40,492 nucleotides of DNA from Marinilabiliales bacterium (GCA_002869465.1 PKSW01000392.1:1-40492), one strand, 5' to 3'. Shown: positions 27,325 through 36,913, counted from the first letter of the stretch. Program-made: numbers and translations. The notes: generated from the letters alone by a model not told the origin.

Positions 27325-28208
27325 TGAATATGGTATTTAAAGGTACAGGTGTAGCAATCGTTACGCCATTTGATAAGCATAAGCAGGTTGACTACCCAGC
27401 AATTGAAAGGCTTCTGAATCATATCATAAAAGGAGGCGTTGAATTTGTTGTAGCCATGGGGACTACCAGTGAAGCAGTTACACTGGATGAATCGGAGAAA
27501 ATGGAAGTATTGTTGCATATAATCCAGGTAGTAAATGGCCAACTGCCCATTGTTTTGGGAATAGGGGGGAACAACACCAAGCATGTTATTGATAGCATTC
27601 AGAGTATTGACCTGAATCAGATTTCAGGAATTCTTTCCGTAGCACCCTATTATAACAAACCCAACCAACTGGGCCTATATGAACATTTTAGTGCCATAGC
27701 AAAAAGTTGTCCCAGGCCAATTATTCTATATAATGTACCTGGCCGCACAAGTTCAAATATGAGTGCTCAAACAACATTGAAACTGGCAAATGAATTTGAG
27801 AATATAGTTGCCGTCAAAGAAGCTTCAGGTGATTTTAACCAGATCATGAAGATCATTCAAAATAGACCTGCGCATTTCAATGTATTATCAGGTGATGATG
27901 CTTTAACACTTCCTATGATCAGCGTAGGTGCTGAAGGTGTTATTTCAGTTGTTGCAAACGCTTTTCCTAAAGAATTCTCAGATATGGTGAGATTAGCCTT
28001 AAAAGGAAATTTTATTGATGCCGGTAAGCTACATTACGCTTTATTGGACATTATTGAACAATTATTTGCTGATGGTAATCCGGCAGGAATTAAAAAAGCC
28101 TTATCTGTATTGAATATCCTGGATGAAAACCTGAGATTGCCTTTGGTCAATGTAAATGAAGAGGTTTCTGAAAAACTGAACACATTCATACATCAATTTA
28201 TTGATTAA
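27324..28208 (+). CDS. dapA: 4-hydroxy-tetrahydrodipicolinate synthase
   Basis: GVAIVTPF, MGTTSEAVTL, YYNKP, IVAVKEASGD (active-site Lys context). Confidence 0.95.
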   Translation: MNMVFKGTGVAIVTPFDKHKQVDYPAIERLLNHIIKGGVEFVVAMGTTSEAVTLDESEKMEVLLHIIQVVNGQLPIVLGIGGNNTKHVIDSIQSIDLNQISGILSVAPYYNKPNQLGLYEHFSAIAKSCPRPIILYNVPGRTSSNMSAQTTLKLANEFENIVAVKEASGDFNQIMKIIQNRPAHFNVLSGDDALTLPMISVGAEGVISVVANAFPKEFSDMVRLALKGNFIDAGKLHYALLDIIEQLFADGNPAGIKKALSVLNILDENLRLPLVNVNEEVSEKLNTFIHQFID

Positions 28209-28236
28209 ATAGATGATTTTTAATTAATTATAAAAA

Positions 28237-31200
28237 ATGACAACTTTTCAAATGAAAAAATTTATTCTGCTCTTTATAACGCTATTCTTATGCAGCAACC
28301 TGATATTGGCTCAGACGTCTGCTATTGATGCGGCCACTTCAACATTAGAAAAAAGAGGTGAAGTATATTTCAAATTCAGTATGGATGATTCTTATACGGA
28401 AATGAATAAACTATCAAAAGTCATTTCCATAGATAATATCAAGAATAATAGTGTTTTCGCTTATGCAAACAAGAAAGAATTTGATCAATTTCTTGAATTA
28501 GAGATACCTTTTGAAGTATTGACAGCTCCTTCTATGTTACATATTCCCAAGATGATGGATGGGGAAGAAGCCTTAAGAGACCGGGAATGGGATTCCTATC
28601 CAACCTACCAGGGATATTTGGATATAATGAATCAATTTACAATTGACCATCCGGACTTATGCGAATTAGTCAGTATCGGACAAACAAATGAAGGAAGAGA
28701 ACTACTTTGTATTCATATCAATAATAATCTTGGGGTACCTCAAGAGGAACCAGAATTTTTATATACCTCAAGTATCCACGGCGATGAATTAACTGGCTTT
28801 GTAGTCATGCTGCGGTTAATCGATTATTTATTAGAAAATTACGGCACGAATGATCAGGTGACAAACCTGGTTGATAATATTGATATCTGGATCAATCCCC
28901 TGGCAAATCCTGATGGAACTTACGCGGGGGGAAACAACACTGTTTACGGAGCAACCCGAGGCAATGCTTTTGGGATTGACATGAACAGGAACTATGCAGA
29001 TCCTGAAGATGGTGATCACCCTGATGGAAATGCCTGGCAAACTGAAACAGTACATTTCATGAACTTCGCTGAAGCACACAAATTCGTAATGTCAGCAAAT
29101 TTTCATGGTGGAGTTGAAGTTGTAAACTATCCTTGGGATACCTGGTATAGACGTCATGCAGATACGGATTGGTGGGAGTTGGTAAGCCGCCAATTTGCCG
29201 ATACAGCGCATGTATATGCCCCCAGTGGATATATGACAGATCTTGATAATGGAGTGACTAATGGCTATGATTGGTATAGCATCGCTGGTGGAAGGCAAGA
29301 TTATATGAATTATTTTCATAACTGCAGGGAAGTTACACTAGAGGTTTCTTCCACTAAATTACCACCGGCTAATCAACTTCCTGATTTTTGGGAGTATCTC
29401 CACCGCTCATGTTTGAATTATATGGAACAATCTTTATATGGTTTTAAAGGTATTGTAACTGATGCGTCAAACGGCAATCCCCTGGCTGCTCAGGTTTTTA
29501 TTAATAGCCACGATGAAGACAATTCACAAGTTTATTGTCAGTTACCTCTGGGTAATTATCACCGCCCTATAAAAGGAGGTACATATAGTGTTACATTTTC
29601 TCATCCGGGATATTATTCTCAAACTTTCAATAATGTGAATACAACTGATGAAAATACTGTAATTCTTAATGTTCAACTTGTTTCAAGTGAAGCATTAGAT
29701 GCCAATTTCATCGCTGATAATCTAAATCCGACCACTTTAGATACCGTCCATTTTGCTGATTTATCAGCGGGCTCTCCAAATAGTTGGTCATGGGCATTTT
29801 CTCCTTCGAATGTTATTTACCTTGAAGGAACAGATGAAAATACCCAAAATCCTGTCGTTAAATTTACTGATACAGGATTGTACTCGGTTGAATTAACCGT
29901 TTCGAACAATAGTGAAACTGATAGCGAAAATAAAATAGATTATATAAATGTAATTCCACCGCCCGATGGACCGATAGCTGAATTTATTGCCGATGTCGTG
30001 CAAGGTGTTGCTCCATTGCATGTTACATTCACAGATTTATCAGAAAATGAAATCACATCATGGCAGTGGGATTTTGGAAATGGTGGATGGTCGACGCAAC
30101 AGAACCCTACATATGTTTTTTATACACCGGGCGTTTATACAATCAGCCTGACATGTGAAGGGCCTGGAGGCATTGATACAGAATCCAAAATTGATTACAT
30201 TACCGTTAGCGAACCACCTCCATTGGTTGATTTTTCGGCCGACCCTACTTCAGGAAGTATTCCTTTAACCGTTTACTTCTTTGACCTGACTGAAGGAACA
30301 ATTGATAGCTGGCTATGGGATTTCGGTGATGGAAATACATCTGATGATCAAAACCCGGAGCATATTTATACAGAAATAGATATATTCAATGTTTCACTTA
30401 CTGTAACTGGTCCTGGAGGCACAGAAAGCCTTGTAAAAGATAACTTTATTAATACTTCAGAAATATTAAATGTATTTGCTTCAGCAACGCCGGAAATCAT
30501 CTGTGAACAAAGCTCCAGTCAATTAAGTGCATACGCATCAGGCGGTTCAGGGTCATATACTTATTCATGGAGTTCTGATCCTGAAGGATTTTATTCGAAC
30601 GAGCAAAACCCATTGATTTTACCAGATCAAACAACCACATATGCTGTTGAAGTTAATGATGGCGAACAAACTGAAAATGCTCAGGTTACCGTAACTGTAA
30701 ATCCACTTCCAGAGATTGTACTTGTTGATTGGCCAGAACAGGTTTGTAACGAGCAGGAACCTCCGATACAGCTTCTTGCTACTCCGGCAGGTGGCATTTT
30801 CAGTGGAAATCATGTAAGCCCTTCAGGAATCTTTGCACCTGAAAGTGCTGATTTAGGATGGAATGTAATTATATATAGCTACACTAATATTTATAATTGC
30901 GAGTCTTATAAGCAAGATTCAATTTTTGTAGATAGTTGCCTCAGTTTCGATAACGAATTTGAAACAACTAAAAATGCTGTTACGGTCTTTCCAAATCCAT
31001 TTGAGGACTTGATCAATATTAAATGTGATGTGGATGAAATGAAAATTAAAATTATATCGCTCCACGGTGATGTGTTGGTTAGCAAGTCTATTAATCGATA
31101 TTCTAAATCAATTAATCTTGGACATTTAGATTCGGGTATTTATATATTTTATGGGGAGTGTGATCACTTTAGATCTTATCAAAAAATCATCAAAAGATAA
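28237..31200 (+). CDS. M14-family zinc carboxypeptidase with three PKD domains, an Ig-like Cys-containing module and a T9SS C-terminal domain
   Basis: Signal peptide (alternative start MKKFILLF at 28252). SSIHGDELTG (HxxE), NPDG, NFHGGVEVVNYPWD. Carboxypeptidase-regulatory-like fold (GIVTDASNGNPLAAQVFI). Three PKD repeats (WSWAFSP, WQWDFGNGG, WLWDFGDGNTS). GGSGSYTYSWSSDP module. CTD VTVFPNPFEDLINIKC...GIYIFYGE. Confidence 0.9.
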   Translation: MTTFQMKKFILLFITLFLCSNLILAQTSAIDAATSTLEKRGEVYFKFSMDDSYTEMNKLSKVISIDNIKNNSVFAYANKKEFDQFLELEIPFEVLTAPSMLHIPKMMDGEEALRDREWDSYPTYQGYLDIMNQFTIDHPDLCELVSIGQTNEGRELLCIHINNNLGVPQEEPEFLYTSSIHGDELTGFVVMLRLIDYLLENYGTNDQVTNLVDNIDIWINPLANPDGTYAGGNNTVYGATRGNAFGIDMNRNYADPEDGDHPDGNAWQTETVHFMNFAEAHKFVMSANFHGGVEVVNYPWDTWYRRHADTDWWELVSRQFADTAHVYAPSGYMTDLDNGVTNGYDWYSIAGGRQDYMNYFHNCREVTLEVSSTKLPPANQLPDFWEYLHRSCLNYMEQSLYGFKGIVTDASNGNPLAAQVFINSHDEDNSQVYCQLPLGNYHRPIKGGTYSVTFSHPGYYSQTFNNVNTTDENTVILNVQLVSSEALDANFIADNLNPTTLDTVHFADLSAGSPNSWSWAFSPSNVIYLEGTDENTQNPVVKFTDTGLYSVELTVSNNSETDSENKIDYINVIPPPDGPIAEFIADVVQGVAPLHVTFTDLSENEITSWQWDFGNGGWSTQQNPTYVFYTPGVYTISLTCEGPGGIDTESKIDYITVSEPPPLVDFSADPTSGSIPLTVYFFDLTEGTIDSWLWDFGDGNTSDDQNPEHIYTEIDIFNVSLTVTGPGGTESLVKDNFINTSEILNVFASATPEIICEQSSSQLSAYASGGSGSYTYSWSSDPEGFYSNEQNPLILPDQTTTYAVEVNDGEQTENAQVTVTVNPLPEIVLVDWPEQVCNEQEPPIQLLATPAGGIFSGNHVSPSGIFAPESADLGWNVIIYSYTNIYNCESYKQDSIFVDSCLSFDNEFETTKNAVTVFPNPFEDLINIKCDVDEMKIKIISLHGDVLVSKSINRYSKSINLGHLDSGIYIFYGECDHFRSYQKIIKR

Positions 31201-31228
31201 AATAACTTATACCGGGTATTTTTAGCTA

Positions 31229-32065
31229 TTATTCTGTCCAATTAATTAAAATCTCATTATGCAGTGCGAAGCGCAAAACAATGAGCAAAGCAATTGATAT
31301 TATTATTATTGGCCAATACATATCAATACTTTTTGTGTCTTCATCAAAGTAAACAGGATCCAGTTTAGAAATCCTATAGGCTGAAATTATTAGTATAATT
31401 GCCAAGCCAATCCAAATGTAGGTTTCCGTGATTTGTAATTGCGGCATAAAATAAATGACTATGATTATAGCTCCCGCTATAAATGGAACAATAATCTGAG
31501 ACATGATAAAAAATGGATAATTGTTTTCATCCAGCTTATTAAAATATGTATTCGCGCTAAAAGCTATCTTCTTCGATAAAAGCAATGCAATGATCATTAT
31601 CCCAAAAAAGCCAAGCATGGCCATCATAAGTAATTGTGAATCGTTAAGATACATCCAGATAAACAAATGAGCTATTCGTATTTTAAAAATAATACCGATA
31701 ATAATACCGGAGAACACAAAATTGAAAGCATTTAAAGAGAGCCAGAGTAATAATATTTTGATCTTTTCTGTTTCTTCAGACAAAGAAGAATAGGCCAGGA
31801 CTGAAAGCAAACCTGTTATAAAAACAAGCAGTGGTCCCGAACCATAAATTACTTTTACCGAGTCACTTGTCCAATCGGAAGGAGCCACATGGTAGTTTAT
31901 CTGGCTGTAATCAAAGCTGATATTGTGCTCGAACATTCCTGCCGTAAAAATGATAGAAAAATGATTCAAATAGAAAACCAACAGATAGGAAATAACAAAA
32001 GCAGCTGTTGAATTAATGACTATAATCCAGAAGTTCTTTCTACTTAAATTATTATCAGCATCCAT
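31229..32065 (-). CDS. polytopic membrane protein, function unknown
   Basis: About 7-8 hydrophobic helices and no recognised motif. Lies immediately downstream of the alpha-oxoamine synthase gene on the same strand. Confidence 0.6.
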   Translation of the reverse strand: MDADNNLSRKNFWIIVINSTAAFVISYLLVFYLNHFSIIFTAGMFEHNISFDYSQINYHVAPSDWTSDSVKVIYGSGPLLVFITGLLSVLAYSSLSEETEKIKILLLWLSLNAFNFVFSGIIIGIIFKIRIAHLFIWMYLNDSQLLMMAMLGFFGIMIIALLLSKKIAFSANTYFNKLDENNYPFFIMSQIIVPFIAGAIIIVIYFMPQLQITETYIWIGLAIILIISAYRISKLDPVYFDEDTKSIDMYWPIIIISIALLIVLRFALHNEILINWTE

Positions 32066-32069
32066 ATTA

Positions 32070-32077
32070 CAAACCTA
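32070..32077 (-). promoter_or_regulatory. -7 promoter box TAGGTTTG, 4 nt from the ATG (possible leaderless mRNA)
   Basis: Plus strand caaaccta. Only taat separates the box from the ATG at 32065. Confidence 0.35.
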
Positions 32078-32078
32078 T

Positions 32079-32116
32079 AAAAAAACCGGCTACTCAATTA
32101 CATGAATAACCGGTTT
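32079..32116 (-). terminator. weak terminator-like hairpin after the alpha-oxoamine synthase gene
   Basis: AAACCGG (32083-32089) pairs with CCGGTTT (32110-32116) around a 20-nt loop. On the minus strand it is followed by a T-run. The large loop makes it weak. Confidence 0.3.
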
Positions 32117-32133
32117 GCATCAATATTACTTAT

Positions 32134-33381
32134 TTATTTGATAACCTGAACTTTTAAATCTTCGCTGTATACTTTATTCTCCAGTTTTTCTTTTACTTCT
32201 GCAAATGCATTTACGGTGTAGACTACATCGTCTAACGTATGCACGGCCGTAGGTATGAGTCTCAATAAAATAACACCTTTTGGCACAACAGGATAAACAA
32301 CAACTGAACAAAAAATGTTATAATTTTCCCTCAAGTCATATGTAACTTGTGTAGCCTCTCCTACGGTTCCATGAAGCATAACAGGTGTTACCGGTGAGCC
32401 CGTATCACCCAGGTCAAATCCTTTTTCCCCCAATCCACTTTGCAATGCATGAACGATAGTCCAAAGCTTTTGACGGTGTTCAGGCTCATTTCTAAGCAAT
32501 TCCAATCTTTTTAAAGAACCAATAACCATTGGCATGGGTAATGATTTTGCATAGACCTGCGACCTCATATTATATTGCAGATATTTTATCACTTTCTTGT
32601 TTGAGGCTATAAATCCACCTATTCCAGCCATCGACTTTGCGAATGTTCCAAAATAGAGATCTACCTTATCCTGAACCCCAAAATGTTCATCTGTTCCAGC
32701 TCCGGTTGGTCCCATAGTTCCAAAGCCATGTGCATCATCAATAAATAATCGGAAATTGAATTTATCTTTTAATGCCACTATTTCATCCAATTTACCCAGA
32801 CCACCTGTCATTCCATACACACCTTCAGTAATTACAAGAATTCCTCCTCCTGTTTTCTCAACTATTCTGGTAGCTCTTTCCAGTTCTTTTTCAAGGTTTT
32901 GCATATTATTATGCGGATAGACGAATCTTTTTCCAAAATGCAGACGCATACCATCAATAATGCAGGCATGTGCCTCTGAATCATAAACAATAACATCTTT
33001 ACGATCCACCATAGCATTGATAATGGAGACCATGCCCTGGTAACCAAAATTTAACAAATAGGCGGCCTCACGATTTACAAATTCAGCAAGTTGTTGCTCT
33101 AACTCTTCATGTTTGCTAGTGTGACCCGACATCATCCGTGCACCCATCGGGTATGCCAGTCCCCATTCTTTCGCTGCATCGGCATCAGCTTTTCTAACTT
33201 CGGGATGATTACCGAGTCCTAAATAATTATTTAAACTCCAAACCAATCTTTCCTTTCCCTGAAAGATCATCTTATTAGACAGCTCACCTTCAAGTTTTGG
33301 AAACATATAATAACCCTCAGCCTGAAATGCATACTTGCCAAGAGGTCCCATTGCCATATCACATTTATCAAATACGTCCAT
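32134..33381 (-). CDS. alpha-oxoamine synthase family PLP enzyme (Kbl / serine palmitoyltransferase / cysteate-acyltransferase-like)
   Basis: NYLGLGNHPEV, FIDDAHGFG, GTFAKSMAGIGGF (putative PLP lysine). About 415 aa, typical of the orphan Bacteroidota AOS genes. Confidence 0.85.
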   Translation of the reverse strand: MDVFDKCDMAMGPLGKYAFQAEGYYMFPKLEGELSNKMIFQGKERLVWSLNNYLGLGNHPEVRKADADAAKEWGLAYPMGARMMSGHTSKHEELEQQLAEFVNREAAYLLNFGYQGMVSIINAMVDRKDVIVYDSEAHACIIDGMRLHFGKRFVYPHNNMQNLEKELERATRIVEKTGGGILVITEGVYGMTGGLGKLDEIVALKDKFNFRLFIDDAHGFGTMGPTGAGTDEHFGVQDKVDLYFGTFAKSMAGIGGFIASNKKVIKYLQYNMRSQVYAKSLPMPMVIGSLKRLELLRNEPEHRQKLWTIVHALQSGLGEKGFDLGDTGSPVTPVMLHGTVGEATQVTYDLRENYNIFCSVVVYPVVPKGVILLRLIPTAVHTLDDVVYTVNAFAEVKEKLENKVYSEDLKVQVIK

Positions 33382-33404
33382 ATTTTTAAGCTTAATTTTA
33401 GCTA

Positions 33405-33412
33405 CAAAAGTA
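33405..33412 (-). promoter_or_regulatory. -7 promoter box TACTTTTG for the alpha-oxoamine synthase gene
   Basis: Plus strand caaaagta, 23 nt upstream of the ATG at 33381. Confidence 0.45.
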
Positions 33413-33629
33413 TGAAATTTAACGATTTAGAGAGACCCCAGTCATTAAAAAAACCCACAATTTGCGTTGATAAATAACCATCTATTTGTATTGTTTTCAT
33501 TAACAGATCATTCCATTTCAATTTTATTCATTTCTTCACATCGTGTGATTTTCATTTTTTAACCAAATAATAAAACTTTATCTAAAATAATAGGATGACT
33601 TATTCGTTTTGTACTTCAACAAATTGTTA

Positions 33630-33637
33630 TATTTTTG
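33630..33637 (+). promoter_or_regulatory. -7 promoter box TATTTTTG, 4 nt from the bamD ATG (possible leaderless mRNA)
   Basis: tatttttg-cacg-ATG(33642). The box lies inside the longer 33609 ORF. Confidence 0.35.
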
Positions 33638-33641
33638 CACG

Positions 33642-34439
33642 ATGTTGAAAAAATCCCCATTTATAATATTATTCATTGGCATATTGGTATTTAGCTATAG
33701 CTGTAAAAGTTATAACAAGACCTTAAAAAGTGCTAATAATGAATTAAAATACGAGACTGGTATTGACCTCTATGAAAGTGGTGATTTTAACAAGGCTTTG
33801 CAGTTTTTTGATGTACTGAGAGCTGTTTACCGGGGTACTGAACGAGGAGAAAAACTCGCCTACTATACGGCAAATTGCTACTTTCAGTTAAAAAACTATG
33901 AAATTGCCAGTTATTATTACAAGCAATACGCACAGATGTATCCTATGGCTGATAAAGCTGAAGAAGCCAGTTTTCTTGGAGCCTATTGCCATTACCTGGC
34001 ATCACCGAGGTCAAGCCTTGACCAGAGTAACACGTATTTAGCACTTAAAGAACTTCAGTTATATATTGATATGTATCCAAAAAGCTCAAGAGTTGATGAG
34101 GCCAATAAACTTATGGACGATTTGAGGAAAAAGCTTGAAATAAAAAATTACAATATTGGTAAATTATACTATCGGATGGAAGACTTCCAGGCTGCCATTA
34201 CTTCATTCCAGAATTTGTTAGATGATTATCCCGACACTGAGTTTAAAGAGGAAGTATTATATTATATCGCCAAAGCCTATTATACCTATGCCGAAAAAAG
34301 CGTTTTTACAAAAAAAGAAGAACGATACGAAAAAACAATAGAAGCATATAACAACCTCTTGTACATGTATCCTGATAGTGAGTACCTGAAGGAGGTTGAA
34401 TCGATTAATGAAAATGCAAAGAAAAAAATACAACAATAA
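33642..34439 (+). CDS. bamD: outer membrane protein assembly factor BamD
   Basis: Start at MLKKSPFIILFIGILVFSYSC (lipobox). TPR-like helical repeats (YYTANCYFQLKNYEIASYYYKQY, LYIDMYPKSSRVDEA). Conserved position upstream of rpoZ-coaBC. Confidence 0.85.
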   Translation: MLKKSPFIILFIGILVFSYSCKSYNKTLKSANNELKYETGIDLYESGDFNKALQFFDVLRAVYRGTERGEKLAYYTANCYFQLKNYEIASYYYKQYAQMYPMADKAEEASFLGAYCHYLASPRSSLDQSNTYLALKELQLYIDMYPKSSRVDEANKLMDDLRKKLEIKNYNIGKLYYRMEDFQAAITSFQNLLDDYPDTEFKEEVLYYIAKAYYTYAEKSVFTKKEERYEKTIEAYNNLLYMYPDSEYLKEVESINENAKKKIQQ

Positions 34440-34452
34440 AATAAATAACTAA

Positions 34453-34785
34453 ATGGACTATAAAAAGATTAAAACAGAAACAACTGCAGTAACCCGTCAA
34501 AAAGATAGTTTTTACGAGCACACTGAGAACATTTATGAAACAGTTGTTGTTTTATCCAAAAGAGCCAACCAGATTGGACAGGAAATAAAACAGGAACTTG
34601 ATCAGAAAATTGCTGAATTTGCACCCGCTACTGATAACCTGGAAGAAGTTTTTGAAAATCGCGAGCAAATTGAGATAGCCAAGTTTTATGAAAGCCTCCC
34701 GAAACCTACTTTATTCGCTATTAACGAGTTTTTGAACAACGATATTTATATGAGAAACCCGCATAAGGAAAAAGGCGGGTATTAA
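34453..34785 (+). CDS. rpoZ: RNA polymerase omega-like subunit (Bacteroidota long form)
   Basis: NIYETVVVLSKRANQIGQEI resembles the omega core helix. About 110 aa, in the conserved position between bamD and coaBC in Bacteroidota. The call rests mainly on synteny and memory. Confidence 0.55.
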   Translation: MDYKKIKTETTAVTRQKDSFYEHTENIYETVVVLSKRANQIGQEIKQELDQKIAEFAPATDNLEEVFENREQIEIAKFYESLPKPTLFAINEFLNNDIYMRNPHKEKGGY

Positions 34786-34793
34786 ACCATATA

Positions 34794-35999
34794 ATGTTAA
34801 AAGGGAAGAAAATAATAATTGGTATTACAGGCAGTATTGCTGCTTATAAAATTCCTTTATTGATCAGACTGTTAAAAAAGGAAGGTGCAGAGGTGCAAAT
34901 TGTAATGACGCCCTTTGCAACTGAATTTGTAACGCCTCTAACGCTTTCTACACTTTCTGAAAAACCCGTGTTAACTGATTTTTTTGACAAAGGTGATGGC
35001 AGTTGGCATAGCCACGTAAACCTGGGTTTATGGGCAGATTTGATTCTTGTCGCCCCTCTGTCAGCAAATACAATGGCTAAAATGGCAACCGGAATTGCGG
35101 ATAACCTGCTCCTAACCGTGCTTCTTTCAGCAAAATGTCCGGTTTACTTTGCTCCAGCAATGGACCTTGATATGTACAAACATCCATCAACAAAAAAGAA
35201 TATACATACACTTGAAAAATTCGGGTATTCTTTAATTGAACCCACAGAAGGGGAGCTGGCAAGCGGACTGCGAGGATTCGGGCGTCTTGAAGAACCGGAG
35301 AATATATTTTCAATTTTGAAAAATGCGCTCATTCCGGATTCAGCTCTAAGAGGCAAAAGTATACTTATCAGTGCGGGGCCTACTTATGAACCAATTGACC
35401 CAGTCAGGTTTTTGGGCAACAGAAGTTCAGGCTTGATGGGAATTGAATTAGCAAAAGCATTCGTAAAAAGAGGCGCCATTGTAAAACTTGTATTGGGTCC
35501 TACTAAATACGAGCTTACAAATCCATCTATCAGCATTGAAAATGTGATAACTGCTGCTGAAATGCACCAGGCTATTACCTCATCTTTTACCGATGCTGAT
35601 ATCACCATTATGGCTGCTGCAGTTGCTGATTTCACGCCAAAAGAGATTCAAAAAGAGAAAATTAAAAAAGCCGCGGGTAAAAATTCCATTCATCTGAAAC
35701 CAACCATTGATATTTTAAAAGAGCTGGGTAGCAAAAAAACAAATAAACAATTGTTAATTGGATTTTCGCTGGAGACTGAGAACGAAAAAGAAAATGCGAT
35801 TAAAAAACTAAAATCAAAAAATCTTGACCTGATCATACTTAACTCTTTAAATGACAAAGGAGCCGGTTTCGAATTCGAAACTAATAAAGTTAGTTTGATC
35901 TCCAATCACAATAAAATTATAGAAATTCCACTCAAACTCAAATCAGAAATCGCTAAAGATATCGTTACATATATTGAAGAAGAATTAATTTTCGAATAA
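34794..35999 (+). CDS. coaBC: bifunctional phosphopantothenoylcysteine decarboxylase / phosphopantothenate--cysteine ligase
   Basis: IIIGITGSIAAYK flavoprotein N-domain, PAMDLDMY, ISAGPTYEPIDPVRFLGNRSSG, AAAVADF. Confidence 0.95.
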   Translation: MLKGKKIIIGITGSIAAYKIPLLIRLLKKEGAEVQIVMTPFATEFVTPLTLSTLSEKPVLTDFFDKGDGSWHSHVNLGLWADLILVAPLSANTMAKMATGIADNLLLTVLLSAKCPVYFAPAMDLDMYKHPSTKKNIHTLEKFGYSLIEPTEGELASGLRGFGRLEEPENIFSILKNALIPDSALRGKSILISAGPTYEPIDPVRFLGNRSSGLMGIELAKAFVKRGAIVKLVLGPTKYELTNPSISIENVITAAEMHQAITSSFTDADITIMAAAVADFTPKEIQKEKIKKAAGKNSIHLKPTIDILKELGSKKTNKQLLIGFSLETENEKENAIKKLKSKNLDLIILNSLNDKGAGFEFETNKVSLISNHNKIIEIPLKLKSEIAKDIVTYIEEELIFE

Positions 36000-36895
36000 T
36001 GTTTAGAAAAATCCTGGTTTTCACATTGATTATGATGCTGACAAAAAATATGTTAGCGCAGGAGTTTTTATGTAACGTACAAATCCAAACACCTAGAATT
36101 GAAGGAATTGACAAAAGCGTATTTGATGCGATGAAAACTTCCATATTTGAATTCATCAATACCAGGAAATGGTCGAATTACAATATGAAAATCGAAGAAC
36201 GCATCACCTGTACAATGATTATCACCATTAATGAAGTTATTTCGACAGACGATTTTGGGGGTAAAATTAATTTAGTACTTGAGAGGCCGATCTACAGTAC
36301 TGATTATAATTCAGTAGTAATAAATATTGTTGATGATGATATACGCTTCCGATATGTTCCTAACCAACCTATGGAATTTATTGATGGATCTTATTCCAAT
36401 AATCTGACATCAATACTTGGATTTTATGCCTATTTGATGCTTGGACTTGATTTTGATACATTTTCTCTTGAAGGGGGAACTACATTTTACGAAAAAGCAT
36501 TAGCAACTGCCACAGCTGCGCAAAGTGGAAATGAGCTCGGCTGGCGCGCATTCGAAGGCCCAAAAAACCGATACCAGCTTATTGAAGGTCTTCTCAACAG
36601 TTCATATAAACAAATAAGAACATTTTTATACGAATATCACAGGAGAGGTTTGGATGTCATGTCAAAAGACAAAACTGCCGGTAGAGAAGTTATCTCCCAG
36701 TCATTGGAAAATCTTAAGATCGTTTATGACAAGAGACCCGGTTTATATGTTCTACAAGTAATGACTGAAGCCAAAAGAGCCGAAATCATCAATATTTTTA
36801 AGGAAGCTAGTCCGGCAGAAAAAACCAATATGATCACGATCATGAAAGAGATTGATCCCGCAAACGGTTCAAGATATCTTGAAGTGAACAACTAA
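35999..36895 (+). CDS. DUF4835-family secreted protein
   Basis: ATG overlaps the coaBC stop (TAATG). Signal peptide MFRKILVFTLIMMLTKNMLAQ. N-terminal CNVQIQTPRIEG motif and the position between coaBC and recN match DUF4835 proteins as I remember them. Confidence 0.65.
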   Translation: MFRKILVFTLIMMLTKNMLAQEFLCNVQIQTPRIEGIDKSVFDAMKTSIFEFINTRKWSNYNMKIEERITCTMIITINEVISTDDFGGKINLVLERPIYSTDYNSVVINIVDDDIRFRYVPNQPMEFIDGSYSNNLTSILGFYAYLMLGLDFDTFSLEGGTTFYEKALATATAAQSGNELGWRAFEGPKNRYQLIEGLLNSSYKQIRTFLYEYHRRGLDVMSKDKTAGREVISQSLENLKIVYDKRPGLYVLQVMTEAKRAEIINIFKEASPAEKTNMITIMKEIDPANGSRYLEVNN

Positions 36896-36913
36896 ATGCT
36901 GGCAATTCTTTTC

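Noticed and set aside
31201-31228. ATACCGGGTAT palindrome between the M14 gene and the membrane-protein gene as a terminator
   Set aside because: The stem is at most 4 bp with a 3-nt loop, which is too weak to call a terminator.
33412-33477. 21-codon ORF (MKFNDLERPQSLKKPTICVDK) in the 260-nt spacer between the AOS gene and bamD, and the spacer as a possible ncRNA or riboswitch
   Set aside because: The ORF overlaps the AOS promoter box and has no features of its own. The spacer is AT-rich with only a 4-bp CACA-TCG-TGTG stem and no structure resembling a known riboswitch or sRNA that I can recognise.
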